64,000 nt of DNA, taken from contig OZ024741.1 in assembly GCA_964016885.1 (NCBI GenBank), forward strand, positions 311,302,001-311,366,000, read 5' to 3'. The DNA comes from Eledone cirrhosa. Lineage: Eukaryota. The notes beneath the pieces are model-generated. The model had not been told where the DNA came from and did not search any database. It saw nothing but the letters and a program-made list of their open reading frames with translations. The position numbers and the translations under genes were made by a program. Shown piece after piece: positions 39,562 to 49,624 of the stretch (within the stretch, counting starts at the first letter, position 1; each line of letters starts with the position of its first letter).

Positions 39562-41877
39562 GTGATGTATCTCGCGAGTGAATCGAGACCTGTCACTGAT
39601 TTTGGTGTCCCCACTGCCGATGTGAATGAGCAACGCTGCACTTGTGAATTGGGTCTTGATGTTGCAGGCAGTTCATATACTTACAATGATGCGGTCCCAC
39701 AAGCTTGTTCACATTCCTGTGCTAATAATCTAGATGGGCATATTAAATTGGATGTGAAAGCAGCTTACCGGATGCGGAATCGGGAGAAGTTGAGACAAAA
39801 ACAGGCCGATTATAGAGCTGTGAATTTTGCTAAATTAACACAAAAACAGGCCAAGTATAGATGTTCAAAACGGTATGAGTTGGCAAACAAGCAGGCCAAG
39901 TATAGATCTGCAAATTCAGCTATTATATCTCAAAAGCAAGCCGAGCGTAGAGCTTCTAAACGTACCGAGTTGGCTAAAGAGCAGACCAAGTACAGATCTG
40001 CAAATCAAGACAAAGTATTACAAACAAAGGCTATGTATAAAATTCACCATAAAGATAATATACAGTCTTATGAGAAAACATATTATAAAAAAAAGTTTCT
40101 TCATAAGCGGTCTTTGTATCAAATGAAGAAACTAAATAAAATGGTTGACTTCCGGATGCAGCATCAGATCTTGATGTCCCAATTTGTTAAGTCATATAAA
40201 AAGACAATAACAGATACCAATCTTCGCAACGACGCATATAGTCACGTGCTGAGTGTGTTCTCCAGATCTGTTGGGATGCGAAATTTTGTGTGTGCTCAAT
40301 TAAAAATAAATGTTAAAGCTGTGCATACATTGATGGAAAAGGTCAATGCTAACGGTTTGTTGCATTATTGGGGAAATCAACATTATCACAGTTCCACCAA
40401 TGAGCTTCCTAATTTTGACAAGAGCACTGCGAAGTACATGAAAATGGATGAGTTTAAAAATCAGTCCGTTGAGAAAGTCCGAATAGTCGTTATCAATAAT
40501 GAGGAGACAGAGAACATTGTGAATGACATGGCTAATGCTGACGAGCAGAATGATGATAATGATGTGTCTAAATGTTTGGTTAGACCTTGCGGGTCTTCCA
40601 TATTAGATACATGTCCAAATGACTCAGCTACTCGTCTAACTTTGTGCCAAAGAATTGATGATAAACTTCCAAAACTCAATCCCGATATGACAGTTGCTGA
40701 AATAAGGCAGTTGATCGAGAAATATGAGTTTTGCAATGTTACTCATGATAATGATCAGCAATGCATCGGTCAAACTGGCTGCACCAGTGAATTTGGCTTT
40801 TTAAAATCCATAGCAGTTCACTCGCCAAAGTTGCGCACATTGCTGAGGAAAATTTATAAAGTTCGGTCCTTATGTATTTGGCTCAACAAGTACAATGAAG
40901 CTGTTTTCAATGGCGATTGGACCAACTTTGAGAATTTGACAGACGTTGCCAACATTGAGCGTGCTATTGCAGTTAAATTCAATAATATGTGCACTGGTTT
41001 CAATGATGTCGAACACACTGATGCAGATGTCATTCATAAATATGGTAATCAAGTTCAAAGATTTCAATCTGAAATTACCAACTATAAAATCCAACATTGT
41101 CATATCTGCAAACTGCGCAAATATAGCAAGGAACTAAAAGTTTGGGATAATTGGAACTCTAGATATTTTAAAACGGCCGTTGCAAAGGATGCAATAACTG
41201 CCAACTACTCTTTGCCTTGCACAGTCTGCACAACATGCACTACACATTTGCGAAACAGTGGGGTGCCTTCAATGGCCTCAATAAATGGCTTGGGCGTTGC
41301 TGCCGTTCCCAAAGAACTTGCTGATCTTAATACATATGAGCGAATACTTGTACAACGGGCCAAATGTTTCGTCAATGTAATAAAACTGGTGCCATACTCA
41401 TTCAAAGGCAATATTTCAGCATGCATTTCCGCTATTAAAGGAATTGCAATTCACTTGCCTTTGCCTATGGACGGAACTATTAACCGCACCATGGATACGT
41501 TACCTGCGCTTCAAGACGACATGCTTAAAATAGTCGTTGATAGCTTGCCTTCGCGGAAACAAATTATCTGGCGTTCAATGGTAGACATGAGTAAAGTATT
41601 GAAGGCACTTGATTGGCTTGCAGCAAACAATGTAATGTATGCCGATGTTAAGATCAATCGCTACGCCGATACGGAAAATGAAAACATTGTCGAGTGCTCG
41701 GGAGTTAATAATGCCAAATTCGATAATCTTTTACTTAAATCGAATGCTGGCATTACCTATGAGCATCACACTGTTAAAGACATGAATCCGTGTCTCCCTG
41801 CAGACACTGACTTGGCTTTGTACAAAATGAAAAGAGTGGAAGGCGATTTCATTGCAGACAATGATAAAAAAACTTGA
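39562..41877 (+). CDS. N-terminal part of a Helitron2/Helentron-like Rep-helicase: basic 15-aa repeats plus Cys-rich DUF6570-like region
   Basis: 771-aa open frame. Seven 15-aa K/R/Q/Y repeats (39781-40095). CHIC...CTVCTTC...P..A..NGL...P.EL..L...E..L, KG...HLP and KV..AL.WL..NN..Y motifs, typical of the region preceding Helitron-like Rep. Start codon uncertain. Confidence 0.8.
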   Translation: MMYLASESRPVTDFGVPTADVNEQRCTCELGLDVAGSSYTYNDAVPQACSHSCANNLDGHIKLDVKAAYRMRNREKLRQKQADYRAVNFAKLTQKQAKYRCSKRYELANKQAKYRSANSAIISQKQAERRASKRTELAKEQTKYRSANQDKVLQTKAMYKIHHKDNIQSYEKTYYKKKFLHKRSLYQMKKLNKMVDFRMQHQILMSQFVKSYKKTITDTNLRNDAYSHVLSVFSRSVGMRNFVCAQLKINVKAVHTLMEKVNANGLLHYWGNQHYHSSTNELPNFDKSTAKYMKMDEFKNQSVEKVRIVVINNEETENIVNDMANADEQNDDNDVSKCLVRPCGSSILDTCPNDSATRLTLCQRIDDKLPKLNPDMTVAEIRQLIEKYEFCNVTHDNDQQCIGQTGCTSEFGFLKSIAVHSPKLRTLLRKIYKVRSLCIWLNKYNEAVFNGDWTNFENLTDVANIERAIAVKFNNMCTGFNDVEHTDADVIHKYGNQVQRFQSEITNYKIQHCHICKLRKYSKELKVWDNWNSRYFKTAVAKDAITANYSLPCTVCTTCTTHLRNSGVPSMASINGLGVAAVPKELADLNTYERILVQRAKCFVNVIKLVPYSFKGNISACISAIKGIAIHLPLPMDGTINRTMDTLPALQDDMLKIVVDSLPSRKQIIWRSMVDMSKVLKALDWLAANNVMYADVKINRYADTENENIVECSGVNNAKFDNLLLKSNAGITYEHHTVKDMNPCLPADTDLALYKMKRVEGDFIADNDKKT

Positions 41878-44800
41878 GTTGTTGTGCTTTCCTTGTCTTT
41901 ATCCAACTGGTCAGTTTGGCATTTTCGTGGACAATAGACCGTTTGGCGCTGTAAAGCCATACATGTTCATAAGAAACAGACTGAATCATAGCGACTCTAG
42001 ATTTCGGCGAGATATACAATATCTCATGTTTTGTCTTGATAAAGCCGACAAGAGAGGCATTGATTCTGGTATATATGCCATCATGAAGACCACCAAAAAC
42101 AGCCGCATGACTATAAGCGAGTTTAGAAGGCGGCTTCATGAAAATGACAGGCACCTAGAGGGCAATTTAAATATGATGATGGCCAATGTCCGTGGTTCCA
42201 AGCAGTTTTGGTCTAGAAAATGTTCAGACTTGATGGCTATGGACGAGAAATTTGGCCCGGCCCACTTGTTCTTAACTTTGTCTTGTGCAGAGTACTTTTG
42301 GCCTGATCTGAGAGAGTTCCTGGAAAAGTTGAATGCTGACATACCAGACATTTCTAGAAAACGCACCAATGAGTTGTGCGCGGATGACGTGGTGGCTGTT
42401 AGCGAACATTTTCACCATCGGTTCACCACCTTTATGAAAGAAGTTGTTAAACATACCAATTCTCCGTTTGGTATTGTCGAGCACTTTTTTTGGAGGTTGG
42501 AATACCAAATGAGAGGTGCTCCGCATGTTCATATGAAATTATGGATTAAAGATGGCCCTATTATGGACAGAGACGACAAGTATGCTATTCAGACGTTTAT
42601 ACAGTCCATGATCACATGTCGCATGCCGTCCAATGTAGAAAGCCCCGTTTTGTCAGACTTGGTGTTGCGTTTTCAACGACATGTGTGTAGTGGATCCTGC
42701 AAAAGGCAAATATTTTCGAGTGGTCGTTTTTACACTCGATGCAGGTTTGGATTTCCTCGTCCTATCGGGAATTTCAATTTGCTTAGCGTCAACGAGTGCA
42801 TAAAATCTCGACACAAAGGTAGAGCTGTCAAAAAGTTGTACAAGCTTGACAGACGACAAGGGGAAGAGTGCATCAATGACTACAATCCTGTTGTTCTGTA
42901 TGTCTGGAAAGCTAATGTCGATATCCAATACATCGGTGAAGATAGCATGATTCTAAACCGATATGTTACTAGTTATCAGACAAAGTCCGAAAAGACTGAA
43001 ACTGAAGGTATTTGGGCTGAGATTGACAAGTCCAAGTCCATTTACTCCAGATACAAGAGTGTCGGACTTAAGCTGATGGGCAAGCGTGATACAGGTGCCT
43101 ATGAGGCTGCAGACAAATTGCTTGGCCACCATTTTTATGGATGCTCTGAAAGCCTCATTTGGATTGGGGCCGATTTGCCTAGTTACCGATCCCACAGGTT
43201 CAGGCCTCAGTATGAACTGGATAAATTGAAACCGTATTCTACCGATCTTTATTACGAGAATATGGTCGAAAATTGGTATCCAAACAGGCCTGATTCGATG
43301 GAGCACATGTGTTTGTATGAACTTGCGAGTAAATACGAACATGTGAATCCAATTGGTAACAGCAATTTTGATGACGACTTCAGGTTGAGAAATAATCTTG
43401 GCTATTTCAAATCTGTGAAAGAGCGGATTGTGAAGTCGCCAAACATTAGATTGACTGCAGATACCTGTGAGCGCTATCACCACAACCTGCTTATGCTCTT
43501 TAAACCTTGGCGAGACGAGGAAAAAGACTTGCTGGGAGGTTGTGAGACTTATAAAGAGTCTTTTGAACAGTGTGCAAACCATTTATCTGAAATGGTCAGG
43601 TTCCAGAATGTGCGCAAACGTTTGGAGAATGCGCTGGAACAAGCCAAACATATTCAAAACGAACCTCAGTCTCATGATAATGATGACCATTCTTGCGGTG
43701 ATCACATGGAGGCGTTGGCAGTTGATGATGCTAATGTCGATTTGCCTTGCATGAGAGATGTCAATGAGGATGCACTGAGGCATAAAGAAAATAAACTGAA
43801 TGAAGTGCAAAGAAAAATTTATGACGATATCGTTGCCGGTATTGACAAACAAGACAAACATTGGGACAACAGCAAACCTTATCCGAGATGTAGTTGCGAT
43901 GATTGTCCACAAGTCTTGAAATTTGTTTCAGGTGTTGGTGGCACGGGCAAGAGTTTTTTGATAAATGTACTGGCTGATAAAATTCAGTACATGTATCCAA
44001 ATGACAATGGCCCGAGCGTAGTGATATCGGCACCCACAGGAATGGCTGCTTTCCAACTCAACGGCATGACTGTTCATCGAATGCTAAAGCTCAAAGTGCA
44101 GCACGGTAAAACTCCCGTGTACGATGATCTACCAAAGGACTTTTTGAAAATGCTGAGGATGGGGCTTCAATATGTCCGACTGATCATAATCGATGAGATT
44201 AGCATGGTCAGTCATTTGCAGTTGGCATTCATTCACTTGAGATTGTGCCAATTGTTTTGTGACTTTGCCCAAGGCATTTCTCCTTTCGGGCGAATGAACA
44301 TTGTTGTTTTTGGAGATTTGCTTCAATTACCGCCTGTTAGAGAAAAGCCGGTGTTTAACAAAGTTACTCACCAAGATGCACAAAGATCATGCATAGGCGT
44401 CAGCAGCCACCATTTGTGGAGGTACTTCAAGTACGACGAGTTGACAGTCAACATGCGTCAGAAAGAAGACTTGGATAATTATGTTGACATGCTCGGCCGA
44501 ATAAGGCTGGGTTCACCACTTGATTCAGATATTGAAATTCTAAATAAGCATAGAATTGATCTCAACGGCAAAGCTTCCATTGATCAGGTTGCTTACAAAA
44601 TGTGTGAGCTGATACAGACTTCTAATTTGAGTATCGTCTGTATCATGCCTCTAAACGAGTCAGTAGAAAAGTTTAACGCTGCAATGCTCAATAAACTTGG
44701 CATTAATACCGTTGAACTTATGGCTATTGATTCGAATATGAGGCAAACCAAATGTCAAAAGAAAACAATAAGAAAAAAGCTGACCACTAAAAAGACTTCT

Positions 44801-46285
44801 GATACTGCTGGCCTTGAAACTGTTCTTAAAGTTGGCGTTAATGCTCGAGTTATGCTTAAACGCAACATCGATCTTGAGAAAGGCTTGTGCAATGGTGCAA
44901 TGGGAACTGTAAAGCAACTCAATTATGAGTTTGGAAAAATTACTTCCATTGACGTTCTCTTTGAGAGTACAAACCAAATTGTTGCCATCAAACGTGTCAA
45001 AGCCGATTACGAATTGTCTCCTAGTGTTTTTATCACTAGAGAACAATATCCCTTGTGCATTGCATATGCAATTTCCATCCACAAATCACAGGGAATAAGT
45101 GTCGATGGAGTCGTTGTTTATTTGGGCACTGGCGTTTTTGCAGACGGTATGGCCTATGTAGCCTTGTCTAGAGCCCGCAAACTGTGCAATGTTTACTTGA
45201 TTGATCTTGATCCAACGAGTTTGATCATGTGCGACTCTAGTGCTTGGAGAGAATACAATTATTTGAGAGAGACCATTAATATGGGACCGCTTCCATTGTG
45301 TAACGTGAGGCCCAACAGTATTGGACAGGCCAAAAAAGCAACTAAAAAAAGTAAATTTGCTATTAATATTGACAGTGGAATGGTCAACTTGGCGAATCCA
45401 AAAAAGGCCAGAACTGAGAAAACGGTTGCAAAGCCGTACATTTCGCTGATCAATGAGAGAAATGCTTGCTTTGTAAACAGCACCATGCAAGTTATACGCC
45501 AGCTGGTGTTGTTGGTTGAACACATTCAGTCCACTGATGATGTTGCTATTCGTGAAATTAGCGATATTATATCGTCATCTGGAACTAAATCGGTCGCAAA
45601 TTTGAGAAATATTCTCGGTGGCAGGTTTAATAATGGTACCCAACAGTGTGCGCACGATTTTTGGAAGCACATTTATCAGTTGTTCTCTAAAAAAATTAAA
45701 CAACTATTCACCTTTGAGGAAAATACTTGGCTCAGCTGCACTAGAAAACACGAGCACAATTGCCCCAGATTGCACAATGATGAATGTTATTGTGCATCGA
45801 TCAACGGCTGTGGCACTTGCACACATATAACTGATGTCAAGTCTGATCTGACGTTGCAGCCTGTTAATGGTCGGCAACAATTCAAAAGCTTGCTCAAAAC
45901 TGATGTTTCGCTCATTAAGAGATGCGATCTGTGTGGCATTGACACCGAGCACTTTGGTACAGTTAACCATGTATTTCCAAACACAATGCGTTACTTGGTT
46001 GTTTATTTGAATAGATTCGAATATACAAACAATCAGATGATCAGAATTGATTCTGAGTTGATGAATTTCTCTCCGAACAAGCAGAGCATTTACGGCCAAA
46101 AATTCCGACTAATCGGCTCCGCCTTGCATTCACTGGCTAGTGCAGACTCCGGGCACTACACCAGCATCGTCCGCAATCAGGACAGATGGTACATTATTAA
46201 CGATGCCGTTTTTTCCAAGCAGCATATAGGTTTCCCGTCGAAACTGCTTAACAACTACTTGTTGTTTTTAGAAAAGTTGAATTGA
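41861..46285 (+). CDS. HUH-Y2 Rep + PIF1 (SF1B) helicase + C-terminal USP/peptidase C19-like domain
   Basis: Rep I FLTLSCAE; Rep II RLEYQMRGAPHVH (His at 42524 and 42530); Rep III YVTSYQTK. Walker A GVGGTGKS, Walker B IIIDEISM, FGDLLQLPPV, NMRQ, SIHKSQG, AYVALSRAR. USP Cys box LINERNACFVNSTMQ, QQCAHDF, His box H...SGHYTS...W..INDA. Confidence 0.9.
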   Translation: MIKKLELLCFPCLYPTGQFGIFVDNRPFGAVKPYMFIRNRLNHSDSRFRRDIQYLMFCLDKADKRGIDSGIYAIMKTTKNSRMTISEFRRRLHENDRHLEGNLNMMMANVRGSKQFWSRKCSDLMAMDEKFGPAHLFLTLSCAEYFWPDLREFLEKLNADIPDISRKRTNELCADDVVAVSEHFHHRFTTFMKEVVKHTNSPFGIVEHFFWRLEYQMRGAPHVHMKLWIKDGPIMDRDDKYAIQTFIQSMITCRMPSNVESPVLSDLVLRFQRHVCSGSCKRQIFSSGRFYTRCRFGFPRPIGNFNLLSVNECIKSRHKGRAVKKLYKLDRRQGEECINDYNPVVLYVWKANVDIQYIGEDSMILNRYVTSYQTKSEKTETEGIWAEIDKSKSIYSRYKSVGLKLMGKRDTGAYEAADKLLGHHFYGCSESLIWIGADLPSYRSHRFRPQYELDKLKPYSTDLYYENMVENWYPNRPDSMEHMCLYELASKYEHVNPIGNSNFDDDFRLRNNLGYFKSVKERIVKSPNIRLTADTCERYHHNLLMLFKPWRDEEKDLLGGCETYKESFEQCANHLSEMVRFQNVRKRLENALEQAKHIQNEPQSHDNDDHSCGDHMEALAVDDANVDLPCMRDVNEDALRHKENKLNEVQRKIYDDIVAGIDKQDKHWDNSKPYPRCSCDDCPQVLKFVSGVGGTGKSFLINVLADKIQYMYPNDNGPSVVISAPTGMAAFQLNGMTVHRMLKLKVQHGKTPVYDDLPKDFLKMLRMGLQYVRLIIIDEISMVSHLQLAFIHLRLCQLFCDFAQGISPFGRMNIVVFGDLLQLPPVREKPVFNKVTHQDAQRSCIGVSSHHLWRYFKYDELTVNMRQKEDLDNYVDMLGRIRLGSPLDSDIEILNKHRIDLNGKASIDQVAYKMCELIQTSNLSIVCIMPLNESVEKFNAAMLNKLGINTVELMAIDSNMRQTKCQKKTIRKKLTTKKTSDTAGLETVLKVGVNARVMLKRNIDLEKGLCNGAMGTVKQLNYEFGKITSIDVLFESTNQIVAIKRVKADYELSPSVFITREQYPLCIAYAISIHKSQGISVDGVVVYLGTGVFADGMAYVALSRARKLCNVYLIDLDPTSLIMCDSSAWREYNYLRETINMGPLPLCNVRPNSIGQAKKATKKSKFAINIDSGMVNLANPKKARTEKTVAKPYISLINERNACFVNSTMQVIRQLVLLVEHIQSTDDVAIREISDIISSSGTKSVANLRNILGGRFNNGTQQCAHDFWKHIYQLFSKKIKQLFTFEENTWLSCTRKHEHNCPRLHNDECYCASINGCGTCTHITDVKSDLTLQPVNGRQQFKSLLKTDVSLIKRCDLCGIDTEHFGTVNHVFPNTMRYLVVYLNRFEYTNNQMIRIDSELMNFSPNKQSIYGQKFRLIGSALHSLASADSGHYTSIVRNQDRWYIINDAVFSKQHIGFPSKLLNNYLLFLEKLN

Positions 46286-47779
46286 ACTTTCACCGCCAAT
46301 GTACAGCAGCAAGCATTTTTTGAAAAATTTGCTTGATCCTAAGAAAAAGTAACAGAGGTTGAGAGATGTCTTGTTATCTCTAACTATTGCTTTGTTTCTA
46401 TTTCTTTAGGGCATTTCTGAATTTATTAGAATATGAATCCAGTCCCACCATTGAGATATATTATCTTCATGGTGAATGTCTGCTGTTTTTTTTACCCTCG
46501 GGAAATTGTGAAATTGGTTTGCAGCTACTATGGCCTTTTGAGATATAATATTGAAAACACATGTCACTCAACCATATTCGTGTGACCATTTTGTCACTGA
46601 ACTATACTCTCCGTATGATATCAATTTTTATGTATTATAATTTTATCAATATTTTATCTTAAATTAAGCATATTTTTATCTATTATTATCTAATTTTATA
46701 AATCTTTTATTTTTTATCCATTATATCAACTACTTTCAATGTTGTATTATATTTTAAATTCCAATGTATTAATTTTTGTACCAGAAACTCTCTAGCGCTT
46801 TAGCATTTAAAGAGACCATATCCGACCATAATTCTCTCGCCTCTTTCTATTCAAACTGGCCATAATTAGCCACTCATACTGATAGTAAGGTATTTTTCTC
46901 AAAACAAATAACATAAAACTCTCGTAGATTCAATATTATATGAGATAATTATATAAGGTAAAGCCTTTTATGTGAAAATACATACACTATTTTTGTGCCT
47001 TTTTTAGCAACACAAAAATCCTCTGATACTTTGGATTAATATGGCTGACTAAAATTATATATCTGCACATTGTGTGGTGTCAACTATATTTTGTTTTGTA
47101 TTTTATGCTTTCTTTAAACATTTTTTTTTTAGTCTTATATTTTAAAAATATATTAAAATAAATTATAAACGTTTTTTATTTACATATCTTTATAATGCAC
47201 CTTCCAATATTGATTGTAACGTTTATTTACTTTTATATGAATGATCTAGTTAATAGTTACTTGTCCATTTGCCAATATAATATGCTTTTGTAAAAGTAAT
47301 TATTAACTATTATATATTAAATTACAAGATTTATTTATATAACATGCTTATAATATTGGTTGTATCATATTTACTTGTATATTTGTCTATATTGTTTGTT
47401 TTGTGTTAAATTATTTTATTATTATTATGTTGGATTATTTTTTTAATTATTATGTTAAACTATTTGTATGTAATATTTAATTTTTTTATTAATTCAACTA
47501 TAATAATCGACATATGAAATTTAAATCAACAATAGGAGAAAAAAAAATATCTTATTGCACAAACAATAATTCTGCACAAATGTTGCTCCATTATTAGATC
47601 TAATGTTGCAACGATGCAGTTAAATGTTGTCTGTGTATTTTAAAAAAGATTTGCTTATAATCTTTTCAAATTTCATTACGCCAATGATTCAAGCTCAAAT
47701 TGACATTATCTAAAACATTGTACAAACAGCGGTGGATTAGCAGTAGTGAACAGATAAATCAGTCAATTTATTAAGATTG

Positions 47780-48435
47780 ACTTGGCATCAATCAGCAAGA
47801 CCTTCATTAGCTGCTCTCCAGCCATCTATTTAAAGCTGTATAAATCTATGGTACGAATACACTTGGAGTTCGCGTCATCAGTCTGGAACCCCTATCTTGC
47901 TCAGAACATTGACCTCCTGGAAACTGTTCAGAGACATGCAACCAAGCGCATACCCTCCATCAGACACCTACCATACCCTGAATATTTTGCTTCCCTCTGG
48001 CAATGGACTTGGTAAACACCCACAAAGTTATTAACCATCCGACCAACAACAACCCCGAACACCTTTTTGATCTCCATGTGTCTAACACGTGGACATGCCT
48101 ACAAAGTCAGAAAACAACACAGCTCCCATGACTTTAGGAAATATTTCTTCATGCTCAGAGTTGCTGAAGGATGGAACAAACTTCCTGCATCAGTTGTTAG
48201 CTGATGACACACTGCATCCTTTAAAACCATCATACATTCCGAAATACACCAAAACTACACCTGATGTCCCCCTTCCATACACATGCACATATGTGTATAT
48301 CATGACTCATGCACTGTTCTTTTTTCCTGACGTTTTTATATTACCCTATGTATTATATATGCACTTTTGATGAGTTGTAGTGCACCTCAGCATTGTACAC
48401 AATATTTTCATTATTATTATCATTATTATTATTAC
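47780..48435 (+). mobile_element. 3' fragment of a CR1-clade LINE with (ATT)n tail
   Basis: LYKSMVRIHLEFASSVWNPY...LETVQRHATKRIPSIRHLPY, then TRGH...FF..RV...WNKLP-like remnants. Confidence 0.8.
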
Positions 48436-48904
48436 ACTCATTGATCCATTTTGCACTAACTCTGCATCAAGCACCCTCACCTAAATATTAACCAATCAAG
48501 GATCCAATACAGCTATCTGTTGGATGAGTATTGTATAGTGCCAAAAACGAAACCAATCAGTTTAGCAGAAAGTTTCCAGACAAGAAACACGCATATTTTG
48601 CTATCCTCAAACACGTTTACACATGGCATGAAATATAACTAATCCGAGATGGCTAGGTTTCATCTTCTAACTGGATATACGAAATCTATTATGTCTTGAC
48701 AACAACATGAGGTAACATTATGTTATTCACAGACACACTTTGTACACTGTTCCATATCAGAATGTATTTCCTTCGTCACATTCACAAACAGTATTGAAAA
48801 TATGTTCTTCGGCAAATAAAAATGTTTTGTTCATAATATTTCAACTAGCGATTGCTCTACTCCACGCACGACCACCATAAATTAATGACCAGCTCAACAC
48901 AAGT

Positions 48905-49075
48905 TTTGGTAGAGCGTCATACACCATGCTTTGCAGTATTGTTATGGTCCTTTGCATTCTAAGTTCAAATCCTGCCGAGGTTAACTTCGACTTTCATACT
49001 TACTAATTCGATAAAATAAAGTACCAGTAATGGACTGCCGTAATGGATTTGTGCCGAAAAATAGAAACACTATTA
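48905..49075 (+). mobile_element. Nin/Deu-domain SINE, diverged (a smaller fragment is at 38698-38748)
   Basis: aagttcaaatcctgccgaggttaacttcgactttcat...gataaaataaagtaccagtaa...gtgccgaaaaatagaaac. Confidence 0.7.
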
Positions 49076-49624
49076 ATGTGCAATAAGAGCAAAATATAAC
49101 GACATTGCTCAATTATTTTATCTAATGTTGTAATAACACAAGGAAATGTTGTTTGTGTATTTTTTTTTATATTTGCTCATAGGCTTTTACAATTTCGCTC
49201 AGCCAACAACTATTAAAAAGTGAGTTGCTTAAGATAACAATTTAATCACAAATTGTTGCTATCTTTTAATACACTCCAACAAGTCATCAAATTATGTACA
49301 ATAAAAACAAATCTTATTAATTTGCTCAGGGAATATAAAGAAAATGTATATACACTGATAATTGCAATTGTATGTAAATATTTTGTTTTTGTATTGTTTA
49401 TTTTATGCTTTCTATTATGTATAATATATTGATTTAATATTGATTGTTTTTTGTAGTTGTTTATATTAAAAGTCTGAAAATATTTTTATACATCTTACAC
49501 TAATATTTATAAGATAATTTAGAATAACAATTACATAATCTAATTACATTACAACGATAATTTATTATTAATATATATCCTGTTTAACTAGAGTTATTAC
49601 AAGCGTTGCCTTAAAAAAATATTA

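Noticed and set aside
41866-41873. Canonical -1 ribosomal frameshift at A_AAA_AAC
   Set aside because: The heptamer is out of phase with ORF A and the required shift is +1.
42136-46099. Multiple antisense ORFs (up to 209 aa) over the Rep-helicase gene and over the LINEs
   Set aside because: Shadow frames of a long sense ORF, with no recognisable motifs.
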